Of a stretch of 64,000 bases of DNA, positions 19,850-29,534 are shown piece by piece. A program made the position numbers and the translations under genes. This DNA is from a virus: the IMG/VR virus record IMGVR_UViG_3300045806_000063, positions 117,109-181,108 of that record. One strand, given 5' to 3'. Under the pieces are notes generated by a model. That model ran no database searches and was not told the DNA's origin. It was given only the letters and a program-made list of their open reading frames with translations. Position 1 is the first letter of the stretch, and the number at the start of each line of letters is the position of its first letter.

Positions 19850-20286
19850 CAAGTGTAATTAAAGGTAGTTTTGCAGAATATCTGGCTAACAACAAAAAAC
19901 ACACACCAAGTCTGGAACTGTACGTGTTAGCTGGAATACAGGCATCTGAAAATTCTTCAGTTATTCTGTATCTAGAGAGGAATGTATTCAAACTAGAGAC
20001 TATTCACAATGGAGATATCTCACTTGACTACATCTCTCCGCATTTAGTAGCCGAGGTCATTTACTGGATCAACGAAATACTACCATTGAATGACAATTTA
20101 TCAGTGGCATTATCACGTGGACTTAACATTCCAGTTAAAGTTAACATGCAGTTGAGTGTACCTGGTAAATGGGGACGATCTGATAGGCTGTCATCAATGG
20201 TAGATGATGGCATTAAAGACGAATATCCTCAACATGACTACTTTAGACGGATACCTCAGACCAAGAGTAGTGGGAGGTCGAGGTAA
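19846..20286 (+). CDS. Hypothetical protein
   Basis: ATG 19846 coupled to upstream stop. Confidence 0.6.
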   Translation: MTSVIKGSFAEYLANNKKHTPSLELYVLAGIQASENSSVILYLERNVFKLETIHNGDISLDYISPHLVAEVIYWINEILPLNDNLSVALSRGLNIPVKVNMQLSVPGKWGRSDRLSSMVDDGIKDEYPQHDYFRRIPQTKSSGRSR

Positions 20287-20420
20287 ATCGTACCACTGTC
20301 AGCCTTGATAAAGGCGATACATTGTTGGTAGGTCAATATACCGGCCCCCGCCTTGAAGAAGGCACCACACAGCTACCTGACGGAGCTGTAGTCAACTGGA
20401 CGATAGTTTCCCTCCGGTAG
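20271..20420 (+). pseudogene. 3' remnant of an AcrIII-1 / DUF1874 ring nuclease gene
   Basis: Start-less frame reads WEVEVNRTTVSLDKGDTLLVGQYTGPRLEEGTTQLPDGAVVNWTIVSLR*, matching the recalled bacterial AcrIII-1 C-terminus (NR..VSL..GD..LVGQY.GPRLPEG.T.LPEGA...W); in-frame TAG at 20268; SAVGH catalytic half absent. Confidence 0.72.
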
Positions 20421-20425
20421 GGTAA

Positions 20426-20459
20426 ATCTACCAGAGCGCCCTAGGGCGCTCTGGTAGAT
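20426..20459. terminator. 34-bp perfect palindrome, bidirectional terminator
   Basis: Between convergent genes, followed by a T-tract. Confidence 0.75.
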
Positions 20460-20478
20460 GCCTTCTATTTATTTTTTT

Positions 20479-21705
20479 TTATTTTGCTAACAAGCCTCTT
20501 AAACAGATATAGAATATAGCAGCTATCCTAGTCGAGGTAACTGCATTTTCATGTATCCGTGGATTAGATTCTTCAACGATTATATCCATCTTTTCTTTTA
20601 TGTCTAAAAACTCAGGTGATTTAAATCTACTTGACCCTAATACTCCTTTCAGTTTCATTGCTACTTCTGGAACATTAGACAGATGAATATTTTCCTTTTT
20701 AATCAGGAGTAAACAAAACATTAATATTTCATCAATCAGTTCCTCAATATCAAACTTTATATGTCCTTTATTTTTAACTGTATAATTTTCTGAAATGAAT
20801 TCTAATGTTTTACTTAAGTGTAATTTGTGAGCTGTCTTGATTGTTATGATAACTGCATCCATGATATCATCTTTAATGAAGTTATTTTTATCAGGGACAA
20901 TATGCTCCATTAAGTTTTTAATGTGAGCTTGTGCATTAGTCGTGTCTTTTAAAATAGCCTCACCTTCAACAATGGTAAACTTTGATGTGGTAATTAATTT
21001 AGACTGACTATCCTTGATAGCATAATATTTGTTTGTGAGTCCTTGTACTAGAGATCTTAATCTAGTTTGGATATCATTTAATGCTAATACGATACCTCTA
21101 TCAGGAGTTAACTCCCTAATGATTGTAGCATGTAATGCATCATGACCAAGAATACTTTCTGCTCTGGCAGTTAGCATAGCTAACCAACTACCATATTGTT
21201 TTAACTGAGACTTGTTATCTAAAGACTCATAGACCATTTGGGAGATTCCTTCATCAGCTGGATAAGGAAATCTTCTTGTGTGTAAGCTACTCAGAAGCTT
21301 ATATTGCAAAGCCATAATAGCAGCTTCAGACATTAATACTTTTTCTTTTTCTGGTAGGTCTGATGTTAATGCTTTATGTACTAAATAAAGGAATGATATA
21401 TTAACAGCGTCTGATGATACTTTGAACCCACGAGTTATATCAGGGAGATCGTAGATGTCAGATTGGAGTTTATCAAAATCAGTAAACTGCATTACTTCAT
21501 TTTTCCATATGAACAGATCTTCATTAATCATGATAAAAGGATATACCCCAATTAGATTTCCACCTAAGAAATCTATATGGTTCCTCATCCTATCATGTTT
21601 TCTTGCTATTCCTTTAGCGTATGTTACTACGTCTAAAACAAACTCTCGATTAACCGGACGCGTTACTTGTTCATTAAATATCTTTAAAATTGAGTTACTT
21701 TGCAT
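20479..21705 (-). CDS. Conserved phiKZ-like hypothetical protein
   Basis: 408 aa helical protein; FLGGNLIGVY motif recalled from phiKZ-like core genes. Confidence 0.6.
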   Translation of the reverse strand: MQSNSILKIFNEQVTRPVNREFVLDVVTYAKGIARKHDRMRNHIDFLGGNLIGVYPFIMINEDLFIWKNEVMQFTDFDKLQSDIYDLPDITRGFKVSSDAVNISFLYLVHKALTSDLPEKEKVLMSEAAIMALQYKLLSSLHTRRFPYPADEGISQMVYESLDNKSQLKQYGSWLAMLTARAESILGHDALHATIIRELTPDRGIVLALNDIQTRLRSLVQGLTNKYYAIKDSQSKLITTSKFTIVEGEAILKDTTNAQAHIKNLMEHIVPDKNNFIKDDIMDAVIITIKTAHKLHLSKTLEFISENYTVKNKGHIKFDIEELIDEILMFCLLLIKKENIHLSNVPEVAMKLKGVLGSSRFKSPEFLDIKEKMDIIVEESNPRIHENAVTSTRIAAIFYICLRGLLAK

Positions 21706-21736
21706 AGGGGATTTACCTTATATTCGAATTTAATTG

Positions 21737-21808
21737 ATCTATATATTATCTGAATGATACAGGTTGCTATTGCCTTTTAATAGCTTATTAGATTGGAGAT
21801 ATAAAATG
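21737..21808 (+). promoter_or_regulatory. Early promoter plus partial leader A
   Basis: tatattatctg...gctattgccttttaatagcttattagattggag. Confidence 0.7.
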
Positions 21809-22360
21809 AGTTTAGTAAAGATTGTTACAGACCATCAAAACCTTAAAGGATTCGTTACCGAGTATAATGCCAATTGGCTGAAGAAGCAATATGGGGAACA
21901 AAGGAACCCCTTCGCGGGAGACCAGCTGGATGCCATTCGTGGATTAGGAGGATTGATTTACCTGATGCAGCAGGATCTTATCGAGGCAAAAATAGTTATA
22001 ACTAGACCATTACTCGAAAGAGCAATGCAGTTCTTTGCTGGAGTCAAACTGGAAAAGTTCTCTTCTGAGAAGATAGAAGAGAACCTGGAGGAAGCGACAT
22101 GGTTTGACCGCCATACACGTTTCGTAATCCCACGATATCTTCTAACAAGAGACTATCAGGGTTATCTTGAAGAACTGCACAGAGTGGCTATGGCTGTAAT
22201 GTTACCGGGCGATATGGCGACTGAAATGGATAGCCACTCTGTGCCAGGGGATGCGATAATACAATCCCTGATAGGTATTAGATTTTTAATGGGTGTAAAA
22301 CTACAAGACACCGCAATCCGTAAAGTAGGAGTAGTGCAATGGCTATTGTATCATTTTTAA
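21806..22360 (+). CDS. Hypothetical accessory protein
   Basis: ATG 21806 after the GGAG of partial leader A. Confidence 0.65.
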   Translation: MSLVKIVTDHQNLKGFVTEYNANWLKKQYGEQRNPFAGDQLDAIRGLGGLIYLMQQDLIEAKIVITRPLLERAMQFFAGVKLEKFSSEKIEENLEEATWFDRHTRFVIPRYLLTRDYQGYLEELHRVAMAVMLPGDMATEMDSHSVPGDAIIQSLIGIRFLMGVKLQDTAIRKVGVVQWLLYHF

Positions 22361-22557
22361 AATGGCTTATAATTGGAGGGGTTGAAACCTCTCTAATAAT
22401 TTATATAGTGATTCTTCTAGTAACCTGCAGTGCATCTCATATGGAGTATGTGATTATTGGGTTTGCTGGCACTCTAGCATTCAGCTGTGCATTAGGCCTG
22501 AGTCTAGTGGAATTGAATTTTTGGATAGACAGAGAAAGAGAGAATAACCATGAGTAA
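22339..22557 (+). CDS. Small membrane protein (two hydrophobic segments)
   Basis: 72 aa, two uncharged stretches. Confidence 0.55.
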   Translation: MAIVSFLKWLIIGGVETSLIIYIVILLVTCSASHMEYVIIGFAGTLAFSCALGLSLVELNFWIDRERENNHE

Positions 22558-22750
22558 ACTGGTATCAATAAGAACCTATACCGCAGCCTACTGGCTGCGG
22601 TTTCAGTGCACTTGCGGCATTAGTTGGAACTTTCCAACATTCCAGGTGTCGGATAGCTATTGTCCTGGTTGTGGAACACTCTGTAAGCACATTGAAAAGA
22701 CACGAATTGCTGGACATATGAGTTCTGGCAGTTTACAAGTAGAGGAATAA
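22550..22750 (+). CDS. Small zinc-ribbon protein
   Basis: CTC...CPGC cysteine pairs; overlaps the upstream stop. Confidence 0.55.
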   Translation: MSKLVSIRTYTAAYWLRFQCTCGISWNFPTFQVSDSYCPGCGTLCKHIEKTRIAGHMSSGSLQVEE

Positions 22751-22792
22751 AGTCGCTGTTCTTTTAATAGCAAATTAGATTTGGAGAAAGGT

Positions 22793-23422
22793 ATGGCTAA
22801 GGCAACACTTGGGGATAGTAGGAATCCCAATGCTATACTCGTCAGAAATGGCAAGTATAGCTGCATCGTTATGGCGGTGCATAACACTCTAAATAAGACA
22901 TTTAGGGTAAAATCGGTCTACCCTGGATTAAACGGGGAGGTTCCAGTATGGCTAGACCTCAGGGGAACTGTAGTAAATAGTAAGAGAGAAATACGCGAGA
23001 TGTTCAATGAGCGTCTCGCAGATGTTAGACAAAGCCTGGAAGATGGAAATAACCCTTTGGATTTCCAGGTCATCTCCATGGTAGTACCACGGAGAGATAA
23101 GTTGGCTGTAAAAGAGTATGCAGCCAACCTAGTTACTGAATATAAAATGGAGATCATTGAAAAGGAAAGTACTACCCTAGCAACGTTTATCAAAGGCATA
23201 CGTGTCAATGATAGATATAATCAGATAGGATCTATCAGTGCCAAAGAAGAGGATGAATACTGGACATTTACTACGATCCAGTACGATGACCTTGATCCAG
23301 GACTCGCCACCATACTAAAGTGGACGGTAGGTACTGAGTCAATTATTGCAATGGCGGGGTCACTGCTAAAAACCACAGTAGATTGGGAATTTCTTCAAAA
23401 TGAGGAAGAGGAAATAGTTTAG
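22793..23422 (+). CDS. Hypothetical accessory protein
   Basis: Preceded by leader-A 3' half at 22755-22786. Confidence 0.65.
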   Translation: MAKATLGDSRNPNAILVRNGKYSCIVMAVHNTLNKTFRVKSVYPGLNGEVPVWLDLRGTVVNSKREIREMFNERLADVRQSLEDGNNPLDFQVISMVVPRRDKLAVKEYAANLVTEYKMEIIEKESTTLATFIKGIRVNDRYNQIGSISAKEEDEYWTFTTIQYDDLDPGLATILKWTVGTESIIAMAGSLLKTTVDWEFLQNEEEEIV

Positions 23423-23431
23423 TCTGTCACT

Positions 23432-23467
23432 AAATACTACGTTGATGATATCATCAACGTAGTATTT
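23432..23467. terminator. 36-bp perfect palindrome, bidirectional terminator
   Basis: Between convergent genes. Confidence 0.75.
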
Positions 23468-23470
23468 TTT

Positions 23471-24214
23471 TTAACTTGGACACATGCCTCTGAGGTATCT
23501 CGTATATGCGGTTCGATCTGACATGAACGCAATTGAATGGTATTGTGGTAATAGATCGTTGTACATACTTGTAGCATCTGAATAGGATTCAGTAACGCTC
23601 TCTAAGAATGGTAAGTCTACCCCATTCTTAATTACAGCATTCTTAAGGGTATACATTCCTTGTACATAGAGGTGCTGTTTAGCACCTAGTACTGCTAACT
23701 TAGCCAAGTATTCAAGTGCACGGATACTCACGTCAGATAAGGTGGAACTATGTTCTAAAACTACTTTCATTGAACTGATAGGTATACCGGTGAATCCATC
23801 ACAGTAAACTGTGTTTTTACCTACTAACTGTACCTTGGCATCACCAGTAATAACTGGGTCTGACACGGAAGAAGCAATTCCAGGCTTACCACTAAAAGCT
23901 TGTGTAAACCCATATCCTACTGACAGCACGGACAGTATCTCCTTACCAGAGGTAGGTCCATAACCTATTCTTATTATTTGACCAGTCGTCGTTTGTATAA
24001 TAGGACAGCCTCCTACGTAAATGTCGGCTTCCTTACCAGCTATCATGTTTAAGTCAGTAATCAAAACCTTTCTTACTATGTCCCTTTCAAGCACATAGTC
24101 CAAAGTAACAGGGACTCCACCTAACCTTGCTGTATCGTGTAGGAAAATAACATTAAGCAGTGCTATAGGTATTTCCCTCTTAATTCTATCTATTAAATAT
24201 TGGATCTGGTTCAT
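23471..24214 (-). CDS. Conserved phiKZ-like (probable virion) protein
   Basis: MNQIQYLIDRIKREIP N-terminus typical of a conserved jumbo-phage family; 247 aa. Confidence 0.6.
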   Translation of the reverse strand: MNQIQYLIDRIKREIPIALLNVIFLHDTARLGGVPVTLDYVLERDIVRKVLITDLNMIAGKEADIYVGGCPIIQTTTGQIIRIGYGPTSGKEILSVLSVGYGFTQAFSGKPGIASSVSDPVITGDAKVQLVGKNTVYCDGFTGIPISSMKVVLEHSSTLSDVSIRALEYLAKLAVLGAKQHLYVQGMYTLKNAVIKNGVDLPFLESVTESYSDATSMYNDLLPQYHSIAFMSDRTAYTRYLRGMCPS

Positions 24215-24274
24215 TTTTTACCACCATTATAAATAAGGGATGAGTGAAATAGTATAGTCAAGTTTAATTCATAT

Positions 24275-24286
24275 ATATATTATCTA
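24275..24286 (+). promoter_or_regulatory. Early-type promoter of phuZ
   Basis: atatattatcta. Confidence 0.65.
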
Positions 24287-24331
24287 ATTGCATTTGACTT
24301 AAATGTATCCCAAAATAACTGGAGAAATAAA

Positions 24332-25303
24332 ATGAATAATGTTAAAAATAACAACAAAGTAAAAATTTATTACTGTGGTGGGGCTGGTGGAAAGTTAGCC
24401 CATCATGCTAACCTTTTGGAGATTGGTGACTTTACTGGTTTTGCTAAGGTAGAAACGGTGATCATGGATGCTTCATATTCGGATATCCCAGATGACACCA
24501 AGCATGAGGTATACGTCCCGGCACACTGTGACGGTTTTGGTAAAGATCAGAAGGAAGCTTATGACTTCCTAAAGAATCATTTCAATGAGATGATTCGTGA
24601 AAACCTACCAAGCGAATTTAATATCGTACTATTCAGTATGGCTGGTGCCACTGGAGCAAATATTGGTCTCGGTATGATTGAAGCCATTCTGAAACAAGGC
24701 AAACCCGTGGTTGGGGTAGCGATCTGCGCTATGGAGTGTGAGCGTACTACCACCAATACAAGGAACACGATTAAACGATTGGAAGTAATCGTTAACCGTA
24801 CTCAAAAACCGGTAGTTATATCGTTCCATGACAATGGGGAATTCCCTATGTCAGTGGTTAACGATCATATCATTCAGGAGATTAAAGCTCTTTTATTACT
24901 GAACAGTGGTCAAAATACCGGTATTGATACTGAGGATGTCACTAACCTGATTGACTTTAGAGGGGTGACAAAGTTCGAACCAGGTTTGGTTGATTTGATT
25001 ATCACCACCAAACCTGACCAAGTAAAAGTCAATGTGGCAATTGCTGCACTGAGTCTGTATAACGACCTGGATTCACCCAAACTGGATATTACCAGTATCT
25101 ACTCAGGTTTTGGTATCATTCCAGACGGCGCTCAAGGTGCAACAAAGGAACCTATTCCTGAGGCGCACTTCATCGTAACAAATGAGTATCTGGAAAGTCG
25201 ATTAGATCTACTGGATAAAAAGGTAAAGGACTATACCGATGCAAGAGAGCTGATTAAAGGATGCGCTGGTCCTAGAAACACGAATACCGAGTTCGAGTTT
25301 TAG
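24332..25303 (+). CDS. phuZ: Phage tubulin PhuZ
   Basis: KVKIYYCGGAGG, DGFGKD, SMAGATGANIG (tubulin signature variant), IDTEDVTN; 323 aa. Confidence 0.9.
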   Translation: MNNVKNNNKVKIYYCGGAGGKLAHHANLLEIGDFTGFAKVETVIMDASYSDIPDDTKHEVYVPAHCDGFGKDQKEAYDFLKNHFNEMIRENLPSEFNIVLFSMAGATGANIGLGMIEAILKQGKPVVGVAICAMECERTTTNTRNTIKRLEVIVNRTQKPVVISFHDNGEFPMSVVNDHIIQEIKALLLLNSGQNTGIDTEDVTNLIDFRGVTKFEPGLVDLIITTKPDQVKVNVAIAALSLYNDLDSPKLDITSIYSGFGIIPDGAQGATKEPIPEAHFIVTNEYLESRLDLLDKKVKDYTDARELIKGCAGPRNTNTEFEF

Positions 25304-25325
25304 TTTTAAGAAGGTAAAGTAAATG

Positions 25326-25349
25326 GGCCGAGGTATTAATACCTCGGCC
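25326..25349. terminator. 24-bp perfect palindrome
   Basis: ggccgaggtatt|aatacctcggcc after phuZ. Confidence 0.65.
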
Positions 25350-25369
25350 TAATATTTGATTAAATTTTT

Positions 25370-26122
25370 TTGGATGGTAAAATGCAATCTACTTGGTTTA
25401 AAGACATGTTAACATTCGATACCACGAATGAGGTAACTAATATAATAAAAAACATTCGACTCGCATATGCTATAAATGACGTAGATATGCCTACGATCAT
25501 TAATGCTGCTAAAACAATGATCCTTAGATTAACCCAGTCAACGATTGATGATAATACTGAGCCTTTATTTGGTGACCGACCTGTCCATACAACAGAGTTT
25601 GATATTTTAACTGACTTTAGCAATCACATTAAAGCGGATGTTACCATGTTAGAGGATCTCATTTTTAATAACTCCGATTTAGCTTGTATATTGTCTGAGC
25701 TAGGTGAGAGAATACATCTAAAGGGAAAACACACTCGCTGGTTAGTAGGTTATTCAGGATTTCTATTATCAGTGGAGGAAATAGATAGCGCTCACAAACA
25801 AGAGTGGGATAAGTTATTCGTGGTTAATGGTGAGTTCAATAAGGAACTCTACACATTAGCGTTAGCGGCAGCAGAAGATGCAAGACTTAAAAATGAAAAT
25901 GATGTAAAGGACTTGACAGAATTAGACATATCAGATGCTCGTATGGCTCCACATTCCAAGCTTTCCTGGTCGCCATCACTAGATACCTTAGTAACGAGAT
26001 ACTATAAACCAGTACCAATGTTTGAGACACCAGTTGACATGGACAAGTTTATGGATTCACTTAATGGTGAACCTAAACTAAAACGAAATAACTTAACTTC
26101 TAAACGTCTGAGAGAAAAGTAA
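25370..26122 (+). CDS. Hypothetical protein
   Basis: 250-aa ORF. Confidence 0.6.
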   Translation: MDGKMQSTWFKDMLTFDTTNEVTNIIKNIRLAYAINDVDMPTIINAAKTMILRLTQSTIDDNTEPLFGDRPVHTTEFDILTDFSNHIKADVTMLEDLIFNNSDLACILSELGERIHLKGKHTRWLVGYSGFLLSVEEIDSAHKQEWDKLFVVNGEFNKELYTLALAAAEDARLKNENDVKDLTELDISDARMAPHSKLSWSPSLDTLVTRYYKPVPMFETPVDMDKFMDSLNGEPKLKRNNLTSKRLREK

Positions 26123-26123
26123 C

Positions 26124-26336
26124 ATGACAAATGCCTACGATCCTAATGAGTCCAAAGACTATATGCTAGCGCGTGCCATGCAACCTCCTTTTACCCCATC
26201 TAATTCACCCATTCTACTCGATCCGTTTAGTGCAAAAGGTATAGTCTCCTTTAATAGATTGATAGAAATGGAAAGGAATTATGAGATGAGGACTATAACA
26301 GGAACCCCCCTATGCATATGTCACATAAGGGAATAA
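26124..26336 (+). CDS. Small hypothetical protein
   Basis: 70 aa, starts 1 nt after the upstream stop. Confidence 0.5.
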   Translation: MTNAYDPNESKDYMLARAMQPPFTPSNSPILLDPFSAKGIVSFNRLIEMERNYEMRTITGTPLCICHIRE

Positions 26337-26716
26337 AGACTAAGAAAACTACCTTTACTGTCCCTCTGTACAACCTTTACTCAGTATATTCCACTTACCT
26401 TAAACCGTTTTTCAATCTATCTCTAATAGCGGACGTTGATTACTTTCTCGGTAATCAACTACTTGTTGGGTTAAGGATGCGAGTACCCGATGAGTTAGTA
26501 AAGTGTAATCTGCAAGATCATGTGACTAGAGAGGTACTTGCCTTATTTCTAGATAAGCTAATTCTGACAATAAAAGCTATCGAAGATGAAGTTTTAGTTT
26601 ATACAAAAGGTTATATCATTGTCAATTATGAAATTAAAAACAACCAACTACTGGTAACAACTGTAACTTATCAGTATATTAAAAGGGGGAAAGATGGCTC
26701 AAGTGATAGTATATAG
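26312..26716 (+). CDS. Conserved hypothetical protein
   Basis: 134 aa, upstream of the DNA polymerase block. Confidence 0.55.
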   Translation: MHMSHKGIKTKKTTFTVPLYNLYSVYSTYLKPFFNLSLIADVDYFLGNQLLVGLRMRVPDELVKCNLQDHVTREVLALFLDKLILTIKAIEDEVLVYTKGYIIVNYEIKNNQLLVTTVTYQYIKRGKDGSSDSI

Positions 26717-27119
26717 TCAAGTTCAAGAAAATGATGTAGTATCATTCACTACCTATGGATCTACCGTAGTATCAAATGTGGTAAATGCCACTGTGTTAGC
26801 TATTGAGTCTGGATATGGACTAATCAATCCTAGCACCGCTGCTGCTAACTCAGCTAGCATTTATGCGTCCCTACCCGTCACTCCAGGGATTGTATTATCG
26901 CAGGACTTTCGAAGCTACAGCTACCTTAGATTAAAGCTTCAAGACAATACACAAGTTGAAATAGCTAGTCCTTGGATTAACCCAGCTAGTTTGACAAGGT
27001 TAGTCCGTCAGACGGGCACATTTGTTATTCCAGATATGGATCAAAGTGAGGTTACCTCCATTTTGAACCTGTTAACATCCAATGGATATGTCAATGCATC
27101 CTTGGCTTCTCTCGTGTGA
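26694..27119 (+). CDS. Conserved phiKZ-like beta-barrel (probable virion) protein
   Basis: DVVSFTTY...ASPWIN pattern; position directly before DNA polymerase. Confidence 0.55.
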   Translation: MAQVIVYSQVQENDVVSFTTYGSTVVSNVVNATVLAIESGYGLINPSTAAANSASIYASLPVTPGIVLSQDFRSYSYLRLKLQDNTQVEIASPWINPASLTRLVRQTGTFVIPDMDQSEVTSILNLLTSNGYVNASLASLV

Positions 27120-27143
27120 ATGAATTAAATATTACGAAACCAT

Positions 27144-27175
27144 TACCCTCCATACTTTGATTAGTATGGAGGGTA
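27144..27175. terminator. Hairpin before the DNA polymerase gene
   Basis: taccctccatact-ttgatt-agtatggagggta. Confidence 0.55.
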
Positions 27176-27179
27176 ACCC

Positions 27180-29432
27180 ATGTACGAAAGTAAACCATTA
27201 ACGCATAACAGAGATCTTTTTATACAAGATCCTAGCTGTTATACTCGTAACTTAGAAATAGTAGAAGAGGCTATACAAACTGCTGCACATTTCTTAAATC
27301 TTAAAACTGAAAAACCTCTAGAAGAATGTCTGGCATATATGCGTGCCACTACCGCTGAAGGTGGTAAAAGAGAACTTAAACCAATTTCAGTTAAGGGATT
27401 AAGACAAGCTGATAATGGCGATAGAGTTAAAAGCTCTATTAAAATAGATAAACTACTGAGAATAATAAAAAGAAATAACCATATTTTATCACCAAATATG
27501 GCAGTGTATATGTCGCCTAAGGTGAAGCGTTCACCTATTGTGATATATATTAGAACCAAGATGGCTAAACGTAAGGTAGTTAAAAAGAAAGGTCAAGAAG
27601 CAGAACAGCTTAATGACTTTGAAATGTTTGCAGCTTGCAATAATGAAGAGTATGCAATCAAGCTATTATTAAACTCCATATCCGGCGCTCATGCATCCCC
27701 ATACAACCCTCTATGGAACGAGTCAGCGCACAGTACGCTGACATCTATGGCAAGGGTCAATGTATCTTATCCAAATGCCTCTACTGAAAGATTTTTAATG
27801 GGTAATCGACATTACTGGTCTAAGGATGTGGTACTTGAAAACATTTTAACAATTACTCGTAATACTGATTACGCTAATCTTGAAACTGTTATAGCCAAAT
27901 ATTATATCCATATACCGTCAGTAGATGAAGTTATGGTGATGATTAAAAGAGCTACTGACTTATACTGGACTAGCAAAAGGGATTTAAATGCGATACAGGA
28001 TTTAGTAGAGAAACTTTCTCCTATCCAACGGACAGCTTACCTATACACTGGTGACTTTTATAGCTTATATCAGTTAAATGAATCCCTAGTACGGAACATG
28101 TTCGAAGACTTATTAAATGTTCAGTCGTATATAGATGAGACTGCTTCAGATGAGTATCTCGATAAGATTGTTTATGGAGTAAATTCCGGTATAGGTTCTT
28201 TGGCTTGTGTGTATTGTGAAAAGTTCTTTAGAGGTTCCACTTTATCAAAAGTAAAGAGTGGTTCAAGAGAAAATTATGTAGAGTATGCTAACACTATTCT
28301 TCATATTGAATTCACTCTATTAAACTATTCAGATCTTTTAACCACTCTGTATAGGACTAATAATCTTCCATCGTCAATTTTTAGATTCCCATCATCAATA
28401 CGTCGTGCCGTTATAGGATCTGATACAGATTCTGTAATGTATACTGTCCAACAACAAGTGATCTGGTATTATGGTAAGATTATGTTTGGACCTAAGATAA
28501 GTATGTTTTCAAACACTATGTCGTTCTTAAACAATATGGTTATCGATCACTGTTTAGCCGTAACAGCTAAGCAGATGGGGGTAGATGATGACGATCTATT
28601 TACCTTAAGAATGAAGAATGAGTTTGAGTTTATTGTGTATGCTAAAGCTAACCGAGCTAAGCATTATGGTACATTAATGACCATGAAAGAAGGTATCGTT
28701 TTCAAAGAGCCTAAAAGTGAAATTAAAGGAGTAGGTCTTAAGGATTCAAAGATACCAAAATACGTAATGAAGTCATTAGAGGAAGAGTTAGTAAGGGTGA
28801 TGATAGAGCTAGTAGAAAATGAAAACATTTCTATCTTTCCTGTAATGCAAAAAATAGCTAACCTTGAACATCTGGTACACCAATCATTATTAAGAGGTGA
28901 GATAACTTATATGGTTGGTGTGAACATTAATAGTGAAGACGGGTATAAAAAACCAGACTCAAGTAATTACCTTCATTACAAGCTATGGAGAGATGTGTTT
29001 GCTAAGAAATTTGGCACTGTATCAGAGCCACCTTATCGTGCTATTAAGGTATCGACAATAGTCAAATCTCCATCCCAGTTTAAATTATGGGCGGATTCTA
29101 TAAATGAGGATATATCAGCTCCATTAATTCTCTGGATGACAGAGAATAATAAAAAAGGCTTCACTCAGATACTCCTACCTTTGGAAATCGTCTCTAGTGG
29201 ACTACCGAAAGAGTTTATGAGTTTGATTAACATGCGGGCAACTGTTGCGTCCATTAGTAAAGGTTACTATATACTCCTTGAAACATTAGGTATGTATTTT
29301 GGTAATAAACACAATACCCAGTTAGTATCTGACAAATTACCGTATAGACCTGAGTATGGTTTACCTGGTGGGGAATTAGATCTGACATTAAATTCAATGG
29401 AAAATGAGGAGGAAGATGATTATATAGAGTAA
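27180..29432 (+). CDS. DNA polymerase, divergent family B (phiKZ gp50-like)
   Basis: AIKLLLNSISG (motif B), GSDTDS (motif C), KANRAKHY, EIKGVGLK. Confidence 0.88.
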   Translation: MYESKPLTHNRDLFIQDPSCYTRNLEIVEEAIQTAAHFLNLKTEKPLEECLAYMRATTAEGGKRELKPISVKGLRQADNGDRVKSSIKIDKLLRIIKRNNHILSPNMAVYMSPKVKRSPIVIYIRTKMAKRKVVKKKGQEAEQLNDFEMFAACNNEEYAIKLLLNSISGAHASPYNPLWNESAHSTLTSMARVNVSYPNASTERFLMGNRHYWSKDVVLENILTITRNTDYANLETVIAKYYIHIPSVDEVMVMIKRATDLYWTSKRDLNAIQDLVEKLSPIQRTAYLYTGDFYSLYQLNESLVRNMFEDLLNVQSYIDETASDEYLDKIVYGVNSGIGSLACVYCEKFFRGSTLSKVKSGSRENYVEYANTILHIEFTLLNYSDLLTTLYRTNNLPSSIFRFPSSIRRAVIGSDTDSVMYTVQQQVIWYYGKIMFGPKISMFSNTMSFLNNMVIDHCLAVTAKQMGVDDDDLFTLRMKNEFEFIVYAKANRAKHYGTLMTMKEGIVFKEPKSEIKGVGLKDSKIPKYVMKSLEEELVRVMIELVENENISIFPVMQKIANLEHLVHQSLLRGEITYMVGVNINSEDGYKKPDSSNYLHYKLWRDVFAKKFGTVSEPPYRAIKVSTIVKSPSQFKLWADSINEDISAPLILWMTENNKKGFTQILLPLEIVSSGLPKEFMSLINMRATVASISKGYYILLETLGMYFGNKHNTQLVSDKLPYRPEYGLPGGELDLTLNSMENEEEDDYIE

Positions 29433-29534
29433 CGAAATAACTAATCATGTAGTTCAAAAGAAATACAAACATAAATTACCTGATTGATAGAAAACTCTAT
29501 CACTCTATTTATTAGCAACTTACGGAAATTCAAA

